A stretch of DNA of 64,000 bases from Tubulanus polymorphus (GCF_964204645.1 NC_134030.1:22776210-22840209), one strand, 5' to 3'; counted from the first letter of the stretch, positions 50,501 to 63,809 are shown. Notes: generated by a model from the sequence alone, not told the origin. Translations and numbers: made by a program.

Positions 50501-53500
50501 ATATTCAGCTTTGCAGATAGAAATATAGCTAATTCCATTCAAGATGGCCGCTTGGCAGCCTTTTGGCAATAAGTCTATAAACCTTATAGAAGCGACCAGT
50601 TGAGAATTTGTAATAATTCACTGTGTTATTTCGTAAAATGGAATGTTACTGTAATCATATTTTTTTCCTAAACTCCTACCATTTTTGCTAAATCAAAATT
50701 TGAGATAAAAATTTCATCTTAAACATATCAGGCTAGAGATCAGAATATCAGACTTCTGCGATTGGACAACATCTCGCAATGTGTTTTGGGTGTAATTTGT
50801 TTTTTTATTTATTTTTTAAACAGTACCCAATAATCCGAATAACCATCAGTGCTAAATTCTAAGCTAATTACAAACCAAGTATTCAATTACAAGCTAATTA
50901 TTTGAATACATTTAAGATAAAGGATGAGCTGTTTTGGAATAATTGTTGATTGAGAGAGGGTCGTTTGAAATGTGCTACCCCTAAATCGCTGAAGGCTAAA
51001 GTCATATATAAATTTAATTGTTTATGGGATATAAACACTTCCTATATTGGGAAAACTAAACGACATTTGGCCATCAGGATTAAAGAACACAGATCAAAGA
51101 CTTCTGCGATTGGACAACATCTCGCAATTTGTCACACTTGTGAGCAGGAATTCAGTGACAACAAATTCAAAATTCTAGACAAAGGTTTATCTGATCTCGA
51201 CTGTAAAATTAGGGAGGCCCTGTTTATTAAAGCGCAACGACCCTCTCTCAATCAACAATTATTCCAAAACGGCTCATCCTTTATCTTAAATGTATTCAAA
51301 TAATTAGCTCGTAATAAAATACTTGGTTTGTAATTAGCTTAGAATTTAGCACTTGTAATTGTGTAACTTATGTTGTATATAAACCTGTAGTTTAATCATT
51401 TGATTCACTTGTATTTCACCCGATCAGGGGATATGATCCCGAAAATGTTCGTGTTAATAAACTGTATTTACTCATTAGAAAATGAGGTTTTTAGTGTTAT
51501 CGCTTCTATGGCTATTCGGATATTTGATCTCTCTTCCTAACATATCAGACTACAGCTTCAGAAATACTCAAGTTACAACAAAATAATCAGATATACACAA
51601 TCCAGAACAAAGAAACTAATTGAGAAATAAGATGTGATATAAATCAGGGGTAATGATACAGCATGAAACAGAATTGCAATTAAACTAATTTCAAATCTAT
51701 TTCCGTGTTTCAGATGAAGTTCATGTTAGTTTTATGACGCAATTGGATGAAGAGAAAAGACCCCTGACAGACAAAGAGAAAGAGTTCATCAGAGATGGTC
51801 AGTAAAACTATGATTTCTATCTGAGTTCAATTTTCACATGTAGTTGACGACCCAGATTTACCACAGAGTCTTAAAAGGTGTTGAAAGAACCTACTGGCGA
51901 AAATTGCTTTTTGAAAAAAAGTATTTTGGCATTTTTCAAGTTTTATTCAGATGTCTGTTAGTAATGATGAGTCATGTAGTTAACAGGGTTCAGTGATTCA
52001 TTGTGTTACCAATATTTAGGATTTATCTGTATTTATCGATTTGCAAAATAAATCGAGCGCCAAAAGAGCAACTGACTGCTCTCTGTGTGAATCTATTGAA
52101 CTTTTTTTGTAAGTTTCAAATCCCCAGTAAACGGTTATTGAATGTCTATATTTTCAGTCGCTTCAGCAGTTGAATCTATTGTTGATTTTTTTGCTAAAAT
52201 GTCCGGTGGGTTCCATAAATCATTTCAGTGAAATACTGTGGAGTTTGTTGTGGAATCATTGAATAATTGATTGTGTTTATTTTTACTGTAGATGCTGAAT
52301 TATGTGAACGAGGAATATTCAACATAAAACGTAGGTTTTAATTCTCATTTATCCTCGAATGAGTTTATGAAATACATGTGCTCTATAATCTACTTTACAT
52401 GTACATGTAGATTTTATCTGTACATGTACATGTTAGTTTTCTGAAGTATTTGTAAGTTCTGTGGTAAATACTTTTTCTCTATATTTCAGCTACTGCTGAA
52501 ATTGCTGGTAAGTTATAATATTCACTATGATGTTTAAACTGGTGCTGAGTCTGTTCAATTATAACTGAAATATCGCTGTATCTTTTTATAGAAAAGTTTG
52601 TTAAGGAAACTCTTCAAACAGAAGTTAAACAACAGAATGGTGAGTGTTCAGTTAAACTAGGAATCTATCGGGGGGGGGGGGGGGCATCAACTATGAACTG
52701 ATTACAAATTATACCTATTTTGTCTAATTACAGGAAAACTCGTCACACAAATAGAAAACCAGAAAGTAACTGATGAAACAAAGACTGGTTTGTTATACGA
52801 TAAACTGATTATCATAATTTATCCATAATCCATTCAGATGTTGTCAATATTAAACTATTTACCGGTACTAAAATCATGTAGATAGAAATTAACCCCGCAA
52901 TAGTGAATAATAGAAACTATCTTTATGGTTGGTATTACAGAAATGGGAGTGGCCGATCGGAACCGTTTTGTGAACAAAGATATTTGTGGTAAGACTGAAA
53001 ATGTTATTCTTTGATAATTTGTCACGCTTTGTAATTAATCGTTTCGTGAATGAGAAATCCGAGGTACATTAAAACCAGCTACCCGGTAATGTGCAACAAT
53101 TGGCAACGTTGTCAAAATTCATCCGCTTTGTGGGAAATTTAAGGTTTTATAAAACCCGGTTAATCCAGATGTATTTTGGTGAAATTCTAGTTTGAACTGA
53201 TCTAATCAATATTTATGTTATTCTATCCATGTATTCATTTGTAGAATCAGTTTTATTGGCGTCAAGTTTGCAGAAATTAGAAGAGAACAAACATTCTACA
53301 GAACTAGATAAAAGTGAGTGTAAATTTTCTTTGTTCTTAGAACTAAATTTACCGAGTATTTGATGACTATGAATTGAAGATGAAATTTGTTGATTATCAG
53401 AGGCATCTGTTTTGATTCAGAGCCACGTTAGTGGTGTTAAACTAGAATGTAGCTAGGTGACATTTTTTGTCGATGTGAATATTCTTCAGACCGAGTTCGA

Positions 53501-56500
53501 ATCATAGCTTGAAGAAACCATATTTTGATTGTCATGCATACATCACATGGGGTAGCTCTGAGAATATCCAAATCATATCATCATTAGAGGCTAGCTGAGG
53601 GTGATTTCTGTCCAAATGTTCCATTTTGGAAAATTATTTTTTCATTAATTTATTTCATTGTTCAACTAACTATATTTGCAGGTATTTATGAAATAGGCCG
53701 AGATGTTTTAGGTAAGAACTAAATAATGGTAACAAACTATGACTATTGAGGTCTAGGGTCGAAAGCAGACGCTTTAAACAAAAATTCTTGCAGAGAAACT
53801 TTGAATAAAGATTTTAGTCCTTTTCAATTATATTTTATATTTCTTGAGATTTTCTGTAAAGCTAGAAACTTGAAGGATTGAATATCTGATGAAAATATTT
53901 GATATTTGAAAAGAGGTTTAAAATAGCAGTGTTGATATTAGCAGTAGTTGATGCTGTGTTGGAATCATGAATTATATTCTTTTTTCAGAAATTAAATTGA
54001 AAATCGTAGTTTTCGAATCTATCAAAGGTAAGAGATCTATGTATGGATTACATCACAATCAGCAGGGTTTATTCCATCATTTTCCAAGATTCAACCTGAG
54101 CTCAATTTGTTTCCTGAGAACTCAATTTCAGTTCTGATGAAATTTTCCTGGTAATTTAGCTTTACGAATCACTTTTAGAATTGTTCGCTGGACGAGCTGA
54201 AAGATTTCAGAAAGAACTCAAAGAGAAACTGAAACAAGAGGAAAATGAAGAGAGAAAAAATGAGGAGGAATTGAACAGAATAATTCACAGTTCAGTTTGT
54301 CAGGCGTTTAAATGTATCACTGATATGAATGAAAGTAAATATCGATTTCATATATCAGATTATACATGCTCTTAACATGTAACATGCTACATGTAAATGA
54401 ATGCACATGTTACATGTTCATGTAAATGAATTCACATGTAACATGTTGGTTCTCTGATACATTTCAGAAACTCTGATGGATAATAAAGTTGTACGATATG
54501 GAGGTTTGTATATAATTCACATGTTTCAATCACAAACCAGTTTTTATCATAAATAATCTGTTTAATTTTCTCTATTTATATTTCAGTGAGTCCAGAAGAG
54601 ATAAGTGAGTTCTGATTGATATTTATAAATATTCTCAGTACACTAGACTGCGCGCTTGCCTCTGATTTCATGTTGTAATTTGTCATATTTACCTGTTTAT
54701 AAGTTGTTTGTGATGTCAGTGATTTTCTATATTGATAGATTCTAAACTACATGAATTAGCCGATAAAGAGTTTGAAAGTAGGAAATTAGGTACTGTACAC
54801 ATTACAAAGTGTAAAATTCAACATGTTTTATGTTTTAAATCTTATTGATGTTTATTATCAATGTTTATTACAGTCGGTTACTTTAATAGAATAAAGACAC
54901 CTGAAGAAATATTGCCTCTAAAACTGAATATACCGGCACAACTCCGCACTGGTAAGTGACTACACTGAAGTGGTACTGAGTGCTTGAACTTGAATTCAAT
55001 ACAGTAAAAATGTATTGCGAGTAATTTTGACAAGTTTAGAACGAGGCAAATCGGTTCATTACAAATTTTCTGTGTTTTTAAATCGTTGAAATTTCATTTA
55101 ATGTTTGTAGAGTTGGATTCAGCTGATCGACATCCAGTTATTTTATGGGATCGAGCAGGTATTGTATAAGTCTGTTATAAATCTAACCTGTTTAATGCCA
55201 CTGATCTCACCATGTATTTCATCGGTCCCAACAGTGGCTGGCATGATATACTATTTCTGTGATAATGGAATTATCAGCATCTTAGGAGCACTAGCCTGGA
55301 ATATTCTGCAACTGATCTTTGTCCCTCAAAAGACGGTTAACTCTTCTAAGTTCTTCTTGCAAAAAAATCCTTAATCTGATCGTTTAGGAATTACCAGAAA
55401 ATGTTCTTCTATTTTAAACTCGATTATGAGGAGCAGACCCTGAAAATAGTTTTCAAACCCTGATTTACTGGTCTTATAAATGAAGTTTTAAATTGAAACC
55501 AAGCTCAATGAATGTTGTGTCTATGTTTGTTGTTTTTAAATGAATTTCAGTGGAATATTTCAAGGATGAATTCATTATTGCAATACAATCTGATGAATCA
55601 TTGAAAACTGCTACTCAAACTGCTTTAGATAACAGTAAGTTACATCTACAATAAACTACATTTACATGACAGTAAACTACATTTACATCTACAGTAAACT
55701 ACGTTTACATCTACAGTAAACTACGTTTACATCTACAGTAAACTACATTTACATCTACAGTAAACTACATTTACATCTACAGTAAACTACATTTACATCT
55801 ACAGCAAACTACATTTACATCTACAGTAAACTACGTTTACATCTACAGTAAGTTACATCTACAATAAACCTACATCTACAGTAAATTACATTTACATCTA
55901 CAGTAAACTACATTTACATCTACAGTAAACTACATTTACATCCGCAGTAAACTACATTTACATCCGCAGTAAACTACATTTACATCTACAGTAAACTACA
56001 TTTACAGTAAACTACGTTTACATCTACAGTAAGTTACATCTACAATAAACCTACATCTACAGTAAATTACATTTACATCTACAGTAAACTACATTTACAT
56101 CTACAGTAAACTACATTTACATCCGCAGTAAACTACATTTACATATACAGTAAACTACATTTACATCTACAGTAAACTACATTTACATCTACAGTAAACT
56201 ACATTTACATCTACAGTAAACTACATTTACATCTACGGTAAACGAAATTTACATCTGCGGTAAACTACATTTACATCTACAGTAAACTACATTTACATCT
56301 ACAGTAAACTACATTTACATCTACAGTAAACTACATTTACATCTACAACAAACTACATTTACATCTACGGTAAACGAAATTTACATCTACAGTAAACGAA
56401 ATTTACATCTACAGTAAACTACATTTACATCTACGGTAAACTACATTTACATCTACAACAAACTACATTTACATCTACGGTAAACGAAATTTACATCTAC

Positions 56501-59294
56501 AGTAAACTACATTTACATCTACAACAAACTACATTTACATCTACAGTAAACTACATTTACATCTACAACAAACTACATTTACATCTACAATTAGATACAG
56601 TTACTCACTAAGATTGTAAATCATTGAAATTTGTTTGTTTTTTTTTAGAATCAAGCGAAATCAACGATTTGTTGAGGAAAGAAAACTTGGAAGGTAAAAT
56701 TGTCTTCTGAAACGTGGATAAGATGTTTGTTTTTACGAACCGAACAATTACACCGTTTAAAATGATTCAATGATTTCTTCTATTTTCAGTTGTTGATAGA
56801 ATTTATGTTGATGTGAAAAACAGAATGAAATCAATTCCTACAGGTTTGTATTTAAATAATTTACTATCAATTCTTGAATTTAAATGTAAGATATATTTCC
56901 TCTTGTTGAGGTTTTTGTATATATATATATATATAATAATAATATAATATACGATAAGTGATATGACGTGATATGACGTGATGAGATATGTGATATGTGA
57001 TATATCATATTCCGTCATATCGCGTATTTATTTATGTCTGAATTTACGTTCCTATTTGTGATTTCAGAGGAATTAAAGCAACGAGGAATCGTAGTTTATA
57101 GAAGTGAGTAGAATTCCACAGTTTCAAGTTCCCCGTAAGCTCCTAACCCAAAAGCTCCTAACCCGTAAACTCATAACCCGTAAACTCCTAACCCAAAAGC
57201 TCATAACCCGTAAACTCCTAACCCGTAAACTTCTAACCCAAAAGCTCATAACCCGTAAACTCATAACCCGTAAACTCCTAACCCAAAAGCTCATAACCCG
57301 TAAACTCCTAACCCGTAAACTCCTAACTCGTAAGCTCCTAACCCGTAAACTCCTATAAAACTATAGACTCCTAACCTGTATATTCCTAACACTAAACTCC
57401 AAACACTGAGACTGAACTAAATTCAACCATAGTAAAAGTGAACCGTATGAATTGACCTGTTTAGATATACTCAATGTTTATACATGAATTATTATGTTTT
57501 CTGTTTTTCAGTAAAAGATGTAACAGCGAGTAAGTACTCATAACAACTTACACATTAAAGTCTAAATAGATAGATTTATAAAATGATAAGTTGTGTTTTG
57601 ATAGCTCTTAAATCCAAAGAAACTGCTCAGAGTGATTTACAGATGATGAAAATGCTTCCTTCAACAGGAAGGATTGGTAAAGAATAATAATAATAATAAT
57701 AATAATAATCCCTGCAGTAATCTATTGTGTTTATTCTGTTTCAGGGATTCCCATTAAACGAATTATTAAAAACAGAATCCCACAGTTTAAAGGTGAATAC
57801 ATTATGTTGACTGTTAGGTGTTTAGTATACTAGCAAAGAACCAGCCGTCCTGAACGGGTTTTATCGTGATTGAGTTCGAGTTGATTATTTTGCTTCTCGT
57901 GTGGAATCCACCGATATTTCGCGTAAGGTCGACTGTATTTTGTTGGAGGATATTGTGATGTAATAGCAGCATAAATAGTTTTACATCAGTTGACATCGTG
58001 ATATTTTCTAAATTAATCTTAGCTCCTCATTACGTACATTGTAACATTGTATAATTACAGATTCACTAGAGCCTGTTTTAAAAGAGAAATGTAAAGAAGC
58101 TTCTGGTTTGTCAGCAAACAGCAGCATGAACCCTATCACGTGGATAGTATCAAAACAATGGGAATATGATATATCTACTGCGAGTAAGTTCACAGTGAAA
58201 TCAGTTTGTGATTTATAATAGAATTCTATTGTATAAAAACTTGTCTATTGTTTATTACATATAGTGTCTGAACTCAGTGAATTTACCAGTACAACTTTAA
58301 AGACAAACACGGGTTATTGGAAACTGGTCAGAGAATGTTTCGGTAAATAGTGAATTCTTGTTTGACTGAACGTTTTATTAAATGATTCGATTTTCAGGTT
58401 TTGAATAATAATTGTTGTGTTCTGTTTTAATAGGAGATGAAATTGACAGTGAAACAAATACAACTGAACTGACAAAAATAGGTGAATATCAATACAATAA
58501 CAACTTATCATTTAATTTAACAGAAATATGGTGATGTGGTGAATTTTGCGTTGAATACTTTGAAGAGGAAATCTATTGATGTCATCAGATTATCAGAGGC
58601 ATCTGCTTAGATCCAGAGCCATGTTTTAAGTGGTGTTATTGAACTAAGAATGTTGCTAGGTGACAGTTTGTATGGATCTGACCGAGTTTACAGTAGATTA
58701 TTATAATCAGTCACGTTGAGAAGAAACGTTTAAGCATTACCGGTACCAAATCAAATATTATCAGTTACAAAATCAATCAAACCGTGTTTTAAGTGTGAAA
58801 CTAAAAGTGTTTGAAAGTCATTGTTTGTTTCGATGCTAATGTTCATTTGTTTCATTTGTTTTCAGTTCATGAATGTTTAGGTAAATGCGCTAAAACAATG
58901 TGTGATAAATGGAGTTTTGGTGAGTACCTCTCATGAGTACCCCATTTGAGTACCTCTCATGAGTACCTTATTCAAATAACTACCAGGCATCTCTTGAGTA
59001 CTGTTGAGGACTTGAATTCAAATCGGAATTTGAGTAGAAAAGTTGAGTGAGTACCATTTATTAACTGTCAGGATATGTGATCAGTGTAGTGGTGAGTACA
59101 TGAGTACCAAATACAGACACTCAACTGAGTACCCGGCCCCGGTACCTGAATTATGTAAAGGCATTTAAAAGATATAATACATTGATCAAGTTGAAACAAA
59201 CTGCAAACTGAACCAGTTTTTCTGTGAACTTATATTTCATGTTTTATCATTTCTAGACGATTTTAAGAACCACAAGATGATTAAAGAACCCTAA
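41519..59294 (+). CDS. Type-B receptor B2: signal exon 41519-41636; four Ig-like exons 44397-44687, 45185-45514, 45932-46267, 46425-46694; TM exon 47207-47308; ~37 cytoplasmic micro-exons from 47500-47544; stop TAA 59292-59294
   Basis: Signal MRNQSRNLQQFELICVILLLILIPYSNSPQAFRLFKRNT, phase 1. Exons are collinear with B1. Domain 3 has YICRTEGGRPDPTV...W...FRCAV. The micro-exon length differences from B1 that I compared are multiples of 3 (78 vs 87, 72 vs 66, 123 vs 90 nt). Confidence 0.8.
42450..44440 (+). repeat. 82 bp tandem repeat spanning the acceptor of B2 Ig exon 1 (24 acceptor copies)
   Basis: First AG ends at 42510 and last at 44396. The difference of 1886 equals 23 x 82. Confidence 0.95.
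47369..47478. mobile_element. ~110 bp hairpin MITE
   Basis: Termini ggtccagttccacagtt / aactgtggaactgggtcc with internal inverted aactcagagttaactc. Absent from the B1 intron. Confidence 0.7.
47725..48250. repeat. 47 bp minisatellite, ~11 copies (counterpart of 18284-19560)
   Basis: Same unit in the same intron. Confidence 0.95.
50745..51538 (+). mobile_element. 5'-truncated Penelope-like retroelement (GIY-YIG endonuclease end) with an inverted partial copy at its 5' end
   Basis: ORF 50950..51303 reads VIYKFNC...YIGKTKRHLAIRIKEH...REALFIK...PSLN. 50845-50965 is the reverse complement of ~51235-51352. Flanked by a duplicated aacatatcag and absent from B1. Confidence 0.85.
55640..56590. repeat. 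22 bp minisatellite, ~43 copies (counterpart of 27273-27570)
   Basis: Same unit in the same intron. Confidence 0.95.
57130..57358. repeat. 15 bp minisatellite (aaactcctaacccgt)
   Basis: Explains the KLLTR-repeat ORF. Only about one copy is present at the homologous B1 site (~28190). Confidence 0.9.
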
Positions 59295-60349
59295 CCGTCG
59301 ATCTAGTGGTGGCAGTGACTGGAGGAGTGGTTATGGTAGATCGAACTACCGTTGATATTCTGTTGTCAGTGTTTAACCTCATCCGCAGTTTGACCTGTTC
59401 TCTTATTGCGTATTGTGTAAGAATCGATTGCTTTGTGTCACCCGGTAGAAAATACACTTCATTCTGAAAATAATTCGATATTGATAAACCAGAAATTCCT
59501 AACTCACGACCGGGTTTTGTATCACTGATTGATGCTGTTTATAAATCGTTTTATCCTAGAATCGAGTGCGATTTTATACGAAAAAGAAATAATAATGAAA
59601 GGAAAAAATACGATTCAAATAAAATTTGTGTAATTTGTTTAAATTGAATAGCTGTATTATTGGTCTTTTTAATAAATTGATAAATTAATTTCATCAGCTC
59701 AATTGTGATAACATTAATCAATTGTAACTGAATTGTAAATGAAATACTGAGTAACTGAATTATAGTCTAGATGAAATACATTGTAACTGAATTATTGAAC
59801 CGTAGTTGAAATATAGTTTGTAATTATATATCGAGCAGAAATACATTGTAATTAAAATTACTTTTTACAAAATTATCAGCGGTCTTGGGGAGATTTACAT
59901 AAACTTCTCTTGAAGCTGAATCTTACAATGTATAATTGTATTTTGATACAATGTAACTGGTTTAACGATATTACAATAATGTAAGTTAAAAACTGTACAA
60001 ATTTATTAATGATTGACTTGATCAGTATTATTATTGAAAACAGTGATAAAATTCATTTCTTTAAATAGTTTTGTAATTATGCTTTTTCTATGAAACCGAT
60101 GATGTTAGATGCGGTTTATACAACGAGAGAGGTCACGGGCTCCTGGTAAATGCAGGTCGCGGGCCCCCGGTAAAATTATGAAAATACTGATTCAATGTGT
60201 TCCATGGAGGTCGTGGGCTCCCTGGTTAAAATGTGCAGCTAGAAATTGCTAATAATGCAACGTGCTTATTTCATTAATGAAAATTTATATATAGAATTTT
60301 TAATTCAAGCAGTGAATAATTATTCAGTTTTACAGAAAACCTGAATCTG

Positions 60350-60560
60350 CGGATCAGAGCAGGAATAGAGGATATACGGGGTGTGTCCCTGGTTCGAACC
60401 CAGTAATTACTGACACTGATTCAGAGTGGTCCTGATGCTGAATAGAGGATGTACAGGGGTGTCCCGGGTTCGAACCCAGTAGTGGTCCCAGTTGTCCTGA
60501 TGCTGAATAGAGGATGAACAGAGATGTTTCGGGTTCGAACCCAGTAATTACTGATGCTGT
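60350..60560 (+). repeat. Three diverged tandem units each containing a Pol III B-box-like ggttcgaaccc
   Basis: gaatagaggat...ggttcgaacccagt occurs three times. Confidence 0.6.
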
Positions 60561-60959
60561 TTCACAATAGCCATGATGGTGAATAGACAACTGGACGTCA
60601 GTTGTTTTACTAATTCTGAAGCCTAAACCAGAAATGTTATTGCAATAACAACATTAGTTTCGTCCCTCACAATCTGCCTGAGCTTTCAAGTCCAGATTGA
60701 AAACTTTGATTGTCTACGGACACCTAAATGATGATTGATTGCTAACTTTTTAACTTTCTTTAATTTCTAACTTCGACATGACGGAAAACACTTGTTCAGA
60801 TTTAAAAATTTTAAAACTAAGGATTTATATAATCAAAAAGAGACAACTTCCGCAGAGATCATACCTGGTGAAAAAGTCTCGAGATTCAACTCAAAGTTTG
60901 ATGTAACTGATTAAAGGTGAGTTTGTTTTAGTATTATTCAACTCCACTCTAGTCGGATC

Positions 60960-61215
60960 CGATCAACTCGGAGATACCTGTTCAACTCAGAGATAACCGA
61001 TCAACTCAGAGATAACCGTTCAACTCAAGAGATAAGCGATCAACTCAGAGATAACCGTTCAACTCAGAGATAAGCGATCAACTCAGAGATAACCGTTCAA
61101 CTCACGAGATAAGCGATCAACTCAGAGATAACCGTTCAACTCACGAGATAAGCGATCAACTCAGAGATAACCGTTCAACTCAGAGATAACCAATCAACTC
61201 GGAGATCACCGTTCA
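60960..61215. repeat. 19 bp minisatellite (tcaactcagagataaccga)
   Basis: Starts at 60963, 60982, 61001 and onward. Confidence 0.9.
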
Positions 61216-61489
61216 GGCGTTGATCCACGCTGTCGCAATTGCCACACGTGTGACAGTCAGAGCTGCTTAAAAAAATTAAAAAGTTGCCGAAATAAATTAC
61301 AAGCATATGAAAAGACAAAGGTTTAGTTCATACTGATCCTATAAATACTAGACTAATGCGCAATTACCTTCTCACCTCGTAGATTTTGTCAAATTATATA
61401 CGCTACGTTAGGTTAATATAAATTATAATTTATTGAGGCTCTGAAAAGTCCACACAACGCGTCTTCAGAAGCATAAATTAGCAAAATGC

Positions 61490-61716
61490 CTGGTCACCAG
61501 TTACCACACCTGACTGGTCACCAGTTACCACACCTGACTGGTCACCAGTCACCACACCTGACTGGTCACCAGTTACCACACCTGACTGGTCACCAGTTAC
61601 CACGCCTGACTGGTGACCAGTCACCACACCTGACTGGTCACCAGTTACCACACCTGACTGGTCACCAGTTACCACGCCTGACTGATCACCAGTCACCACA
61701 CCTGACTGGTCACCAC
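61490..61716. repeat. 24 bp minisatellite (tggtcaccagttaccacacctgac)
   Basis: About 9 copies. Explains both overlapping repeat ORFs. Confidence 0.9.
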
Positions 61717-61772
61717 AGCGAAATGGTCTCCACACTGACCAGACAAACTTAAATCCTCCGTCAGTCACCATT

Positions 61773-61875
61773 GATCTATGGTCTAGTGGTTAGCATGCTC
61801 GGCTGACATGCTAAAGGTGTCAGGATCGAGTCCTGCTAGGGTTAGGGTTGTAGGCGAGCTAGGGTTAGGGTTACT
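61773..61875 (+). pseudogene. tRNA-derived (SINE-head-like) sequence followed by TTAGGG-like repeats
   Basis: A-box tggtctagtgg and degenerate B-box ggatcgagtcc within a caggatcgagtcctg hairpin. The anticodon stem does not pair. Followed by ctagggttaggg twice. Confidence 0.5.
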
Positions 61876-63214
61876 AAATAGCTAGGATTGGGGTCACTGG
61901 CGACTCAGATGCTTACAGGTCACGCTATTTAAAAACTTTTTTTTATTTCTAAAGTGGGTTGATATACACATAAAACTTCGGTGACTCAAAACGTCCTCGA
62001 TCCTAAATTATTATTAAAATGTCATTCATTTTTCTCGGCCAATACGAGGTCACGTGATGCGCGCTGAACCGGTTTAAACCAGTTTCGCTATCTCTACTTA
62101 GATATGCAGATTTTGTTACATTTTAGCCAATCAGTGACGAGTGCGACTGATTATGCGTCCAATCACTGATGAGGATGTTTTAGGAGCTGGACCTTGTGTT
62201 TACGTCATAAAATATCAATTATCAAATCAAATCAATTGCTATAAGATATTCCAAGTCTCTGATACACACGCGTTTACCATATTCAATCGGGGAATCAATT
62301 GATTTTAGTAAAGCTCCGCAGTTTATAGAGCGAAGATGGATTATAACAGTTGGACATGTGTAAGTTTACTGACCCCAATAGTTAGATAATGTAAAATGTA
62401 ACGCATTGTTCGACCATTCTTGTCGTACGTGGCGTTGTACCATAGATAGACCTCTTATACAACTGGTATGTCTTCAAACCTAGAGGTGCTCGCAAATGTC
62501 TCCCGTAAAATCAGACAAATATCACATGTACCTCTTGTGAGTTACACATATTTTAAATAGTTCAAGATGTAACTGGGTAAAGGTGAGTTTGTCGTAGTTT
62601 TAATAAAGTCAAACATTAAAATATTTGCCACCAATTTTATGTTGATTTTATATCAACAATTTTCTGACCCAAATTTGAAAATTTTAGTGAAAATTTTATT
62701 GACGACTTCAAAATATTTTCTGAAAGTGGTGAAAACCACTTTCAAGAATCAATTCATTTATTTTTCTAAATTGTATGATTTTATTTGTAATCATTGAGAA
62801 ATTGCTCTCGTATTTTCTTCTTGCGCTGTTTTATTTTGAACTCACTCCAGACACGTTTTCGATCATTTATTCATGATTCTAGGTAAGTTTGAAACTCGCA
62901 CCGACCGGAACTGGTAAGCGAGGACAATTCAATTCAATTTATTGACGTAATTTCTTTTCGGTTTTAGCCGGTATTTAGTACAGCTATGACCGGAACCGGG
63001 AAGTTGATTCGGGTTTTCCCCGATCAGATCCAGGCCGATGTAATTTATAGTATGTATGTAGAATTTAATTTCAAAGCAAGCCTTCCCCTTACGACGATAT
63101 TTCAAAAAGATGTTTAAGATTGAACATTTGCCGTCAAAATATCCGTTCAGAAATATAAAGGTAGGTAGAGCAGTTCAGCTGAAACATTATAAATTGCCAT
63201 TCATTAACTCGGCT

Positions 63215-63575
63215 CAGTTAGTTACCTAATCGTTGGTGGTAAGCTTTTTATAATCGGATGGGCTTATACCTTATACTTATGTGGTTTGTGAAAATATCCG
63301 ATCGTGAAACTAAACCACAGTCAGGTTACTGACTATAACTCGGCTATGTATACGATGTAAGGCCTCTAAGTCTTCTAAGCCTAAGTCGGCTCTTAGTTGA
63401 GTCTTAAGTCTATTAGTAGGGCCTAGTAGACGCCAATAAGTCTGTTAGTCTTTTAGTTAGTTACCTAATCGTTGGTGGTAAGCTTTTTATAATCGGATGG
63501 GCTTATTCCTTATACTTATGTGGTTTGTGAAAATATCCGATCGTGAAACTAAACCACAGTCAGGTTACTGACTAT
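63215..63575. repeat. ~120 bp direct repeat (63215-63335 and 63456-63575)
   Basis: agttagttacctaatcgttggtgg...caggttactgactat occurs twice. Confidence 0.9.
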
Positions 63576-63809
63576 TAGTCTTTAGTCTTTATTTAGTAGG
63601 CTCGTGTCCCCATGGGGAACAAGGATGCTAAATTGTCACTGTTTTTGGGTCCGCGGACACTTGAATATGGGCCTTGATACTGGAAAATTGATTGACAGTT
63701 AGCAATACTAGATATTTTTGATAAAATGTAACGGAAGCCTTAACTTAAGTATTTGAATGGTATATTGAAATATATCATTGTTATTACAGAAATTGCAGGA
63801 TCTGTTATG

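Noticed and set aside
14133-59294. Assigning known names (nephrin, hemicentin, Dscam, CD28, IRS, Alr) to A or B
   Set aside because: Only generic Ig-fold and short linear motif similarity is visible, and the architectures do not match those genes.
60790-62600. Two similar donor-like sites (gtaactg..taaag|gtgagtttgt at ~60917 and ~62583) as exons of a further gene
   Set aside because: I found no convincing reading frame or homology to A/B exons. They may be UTR exons but cannot be supported.
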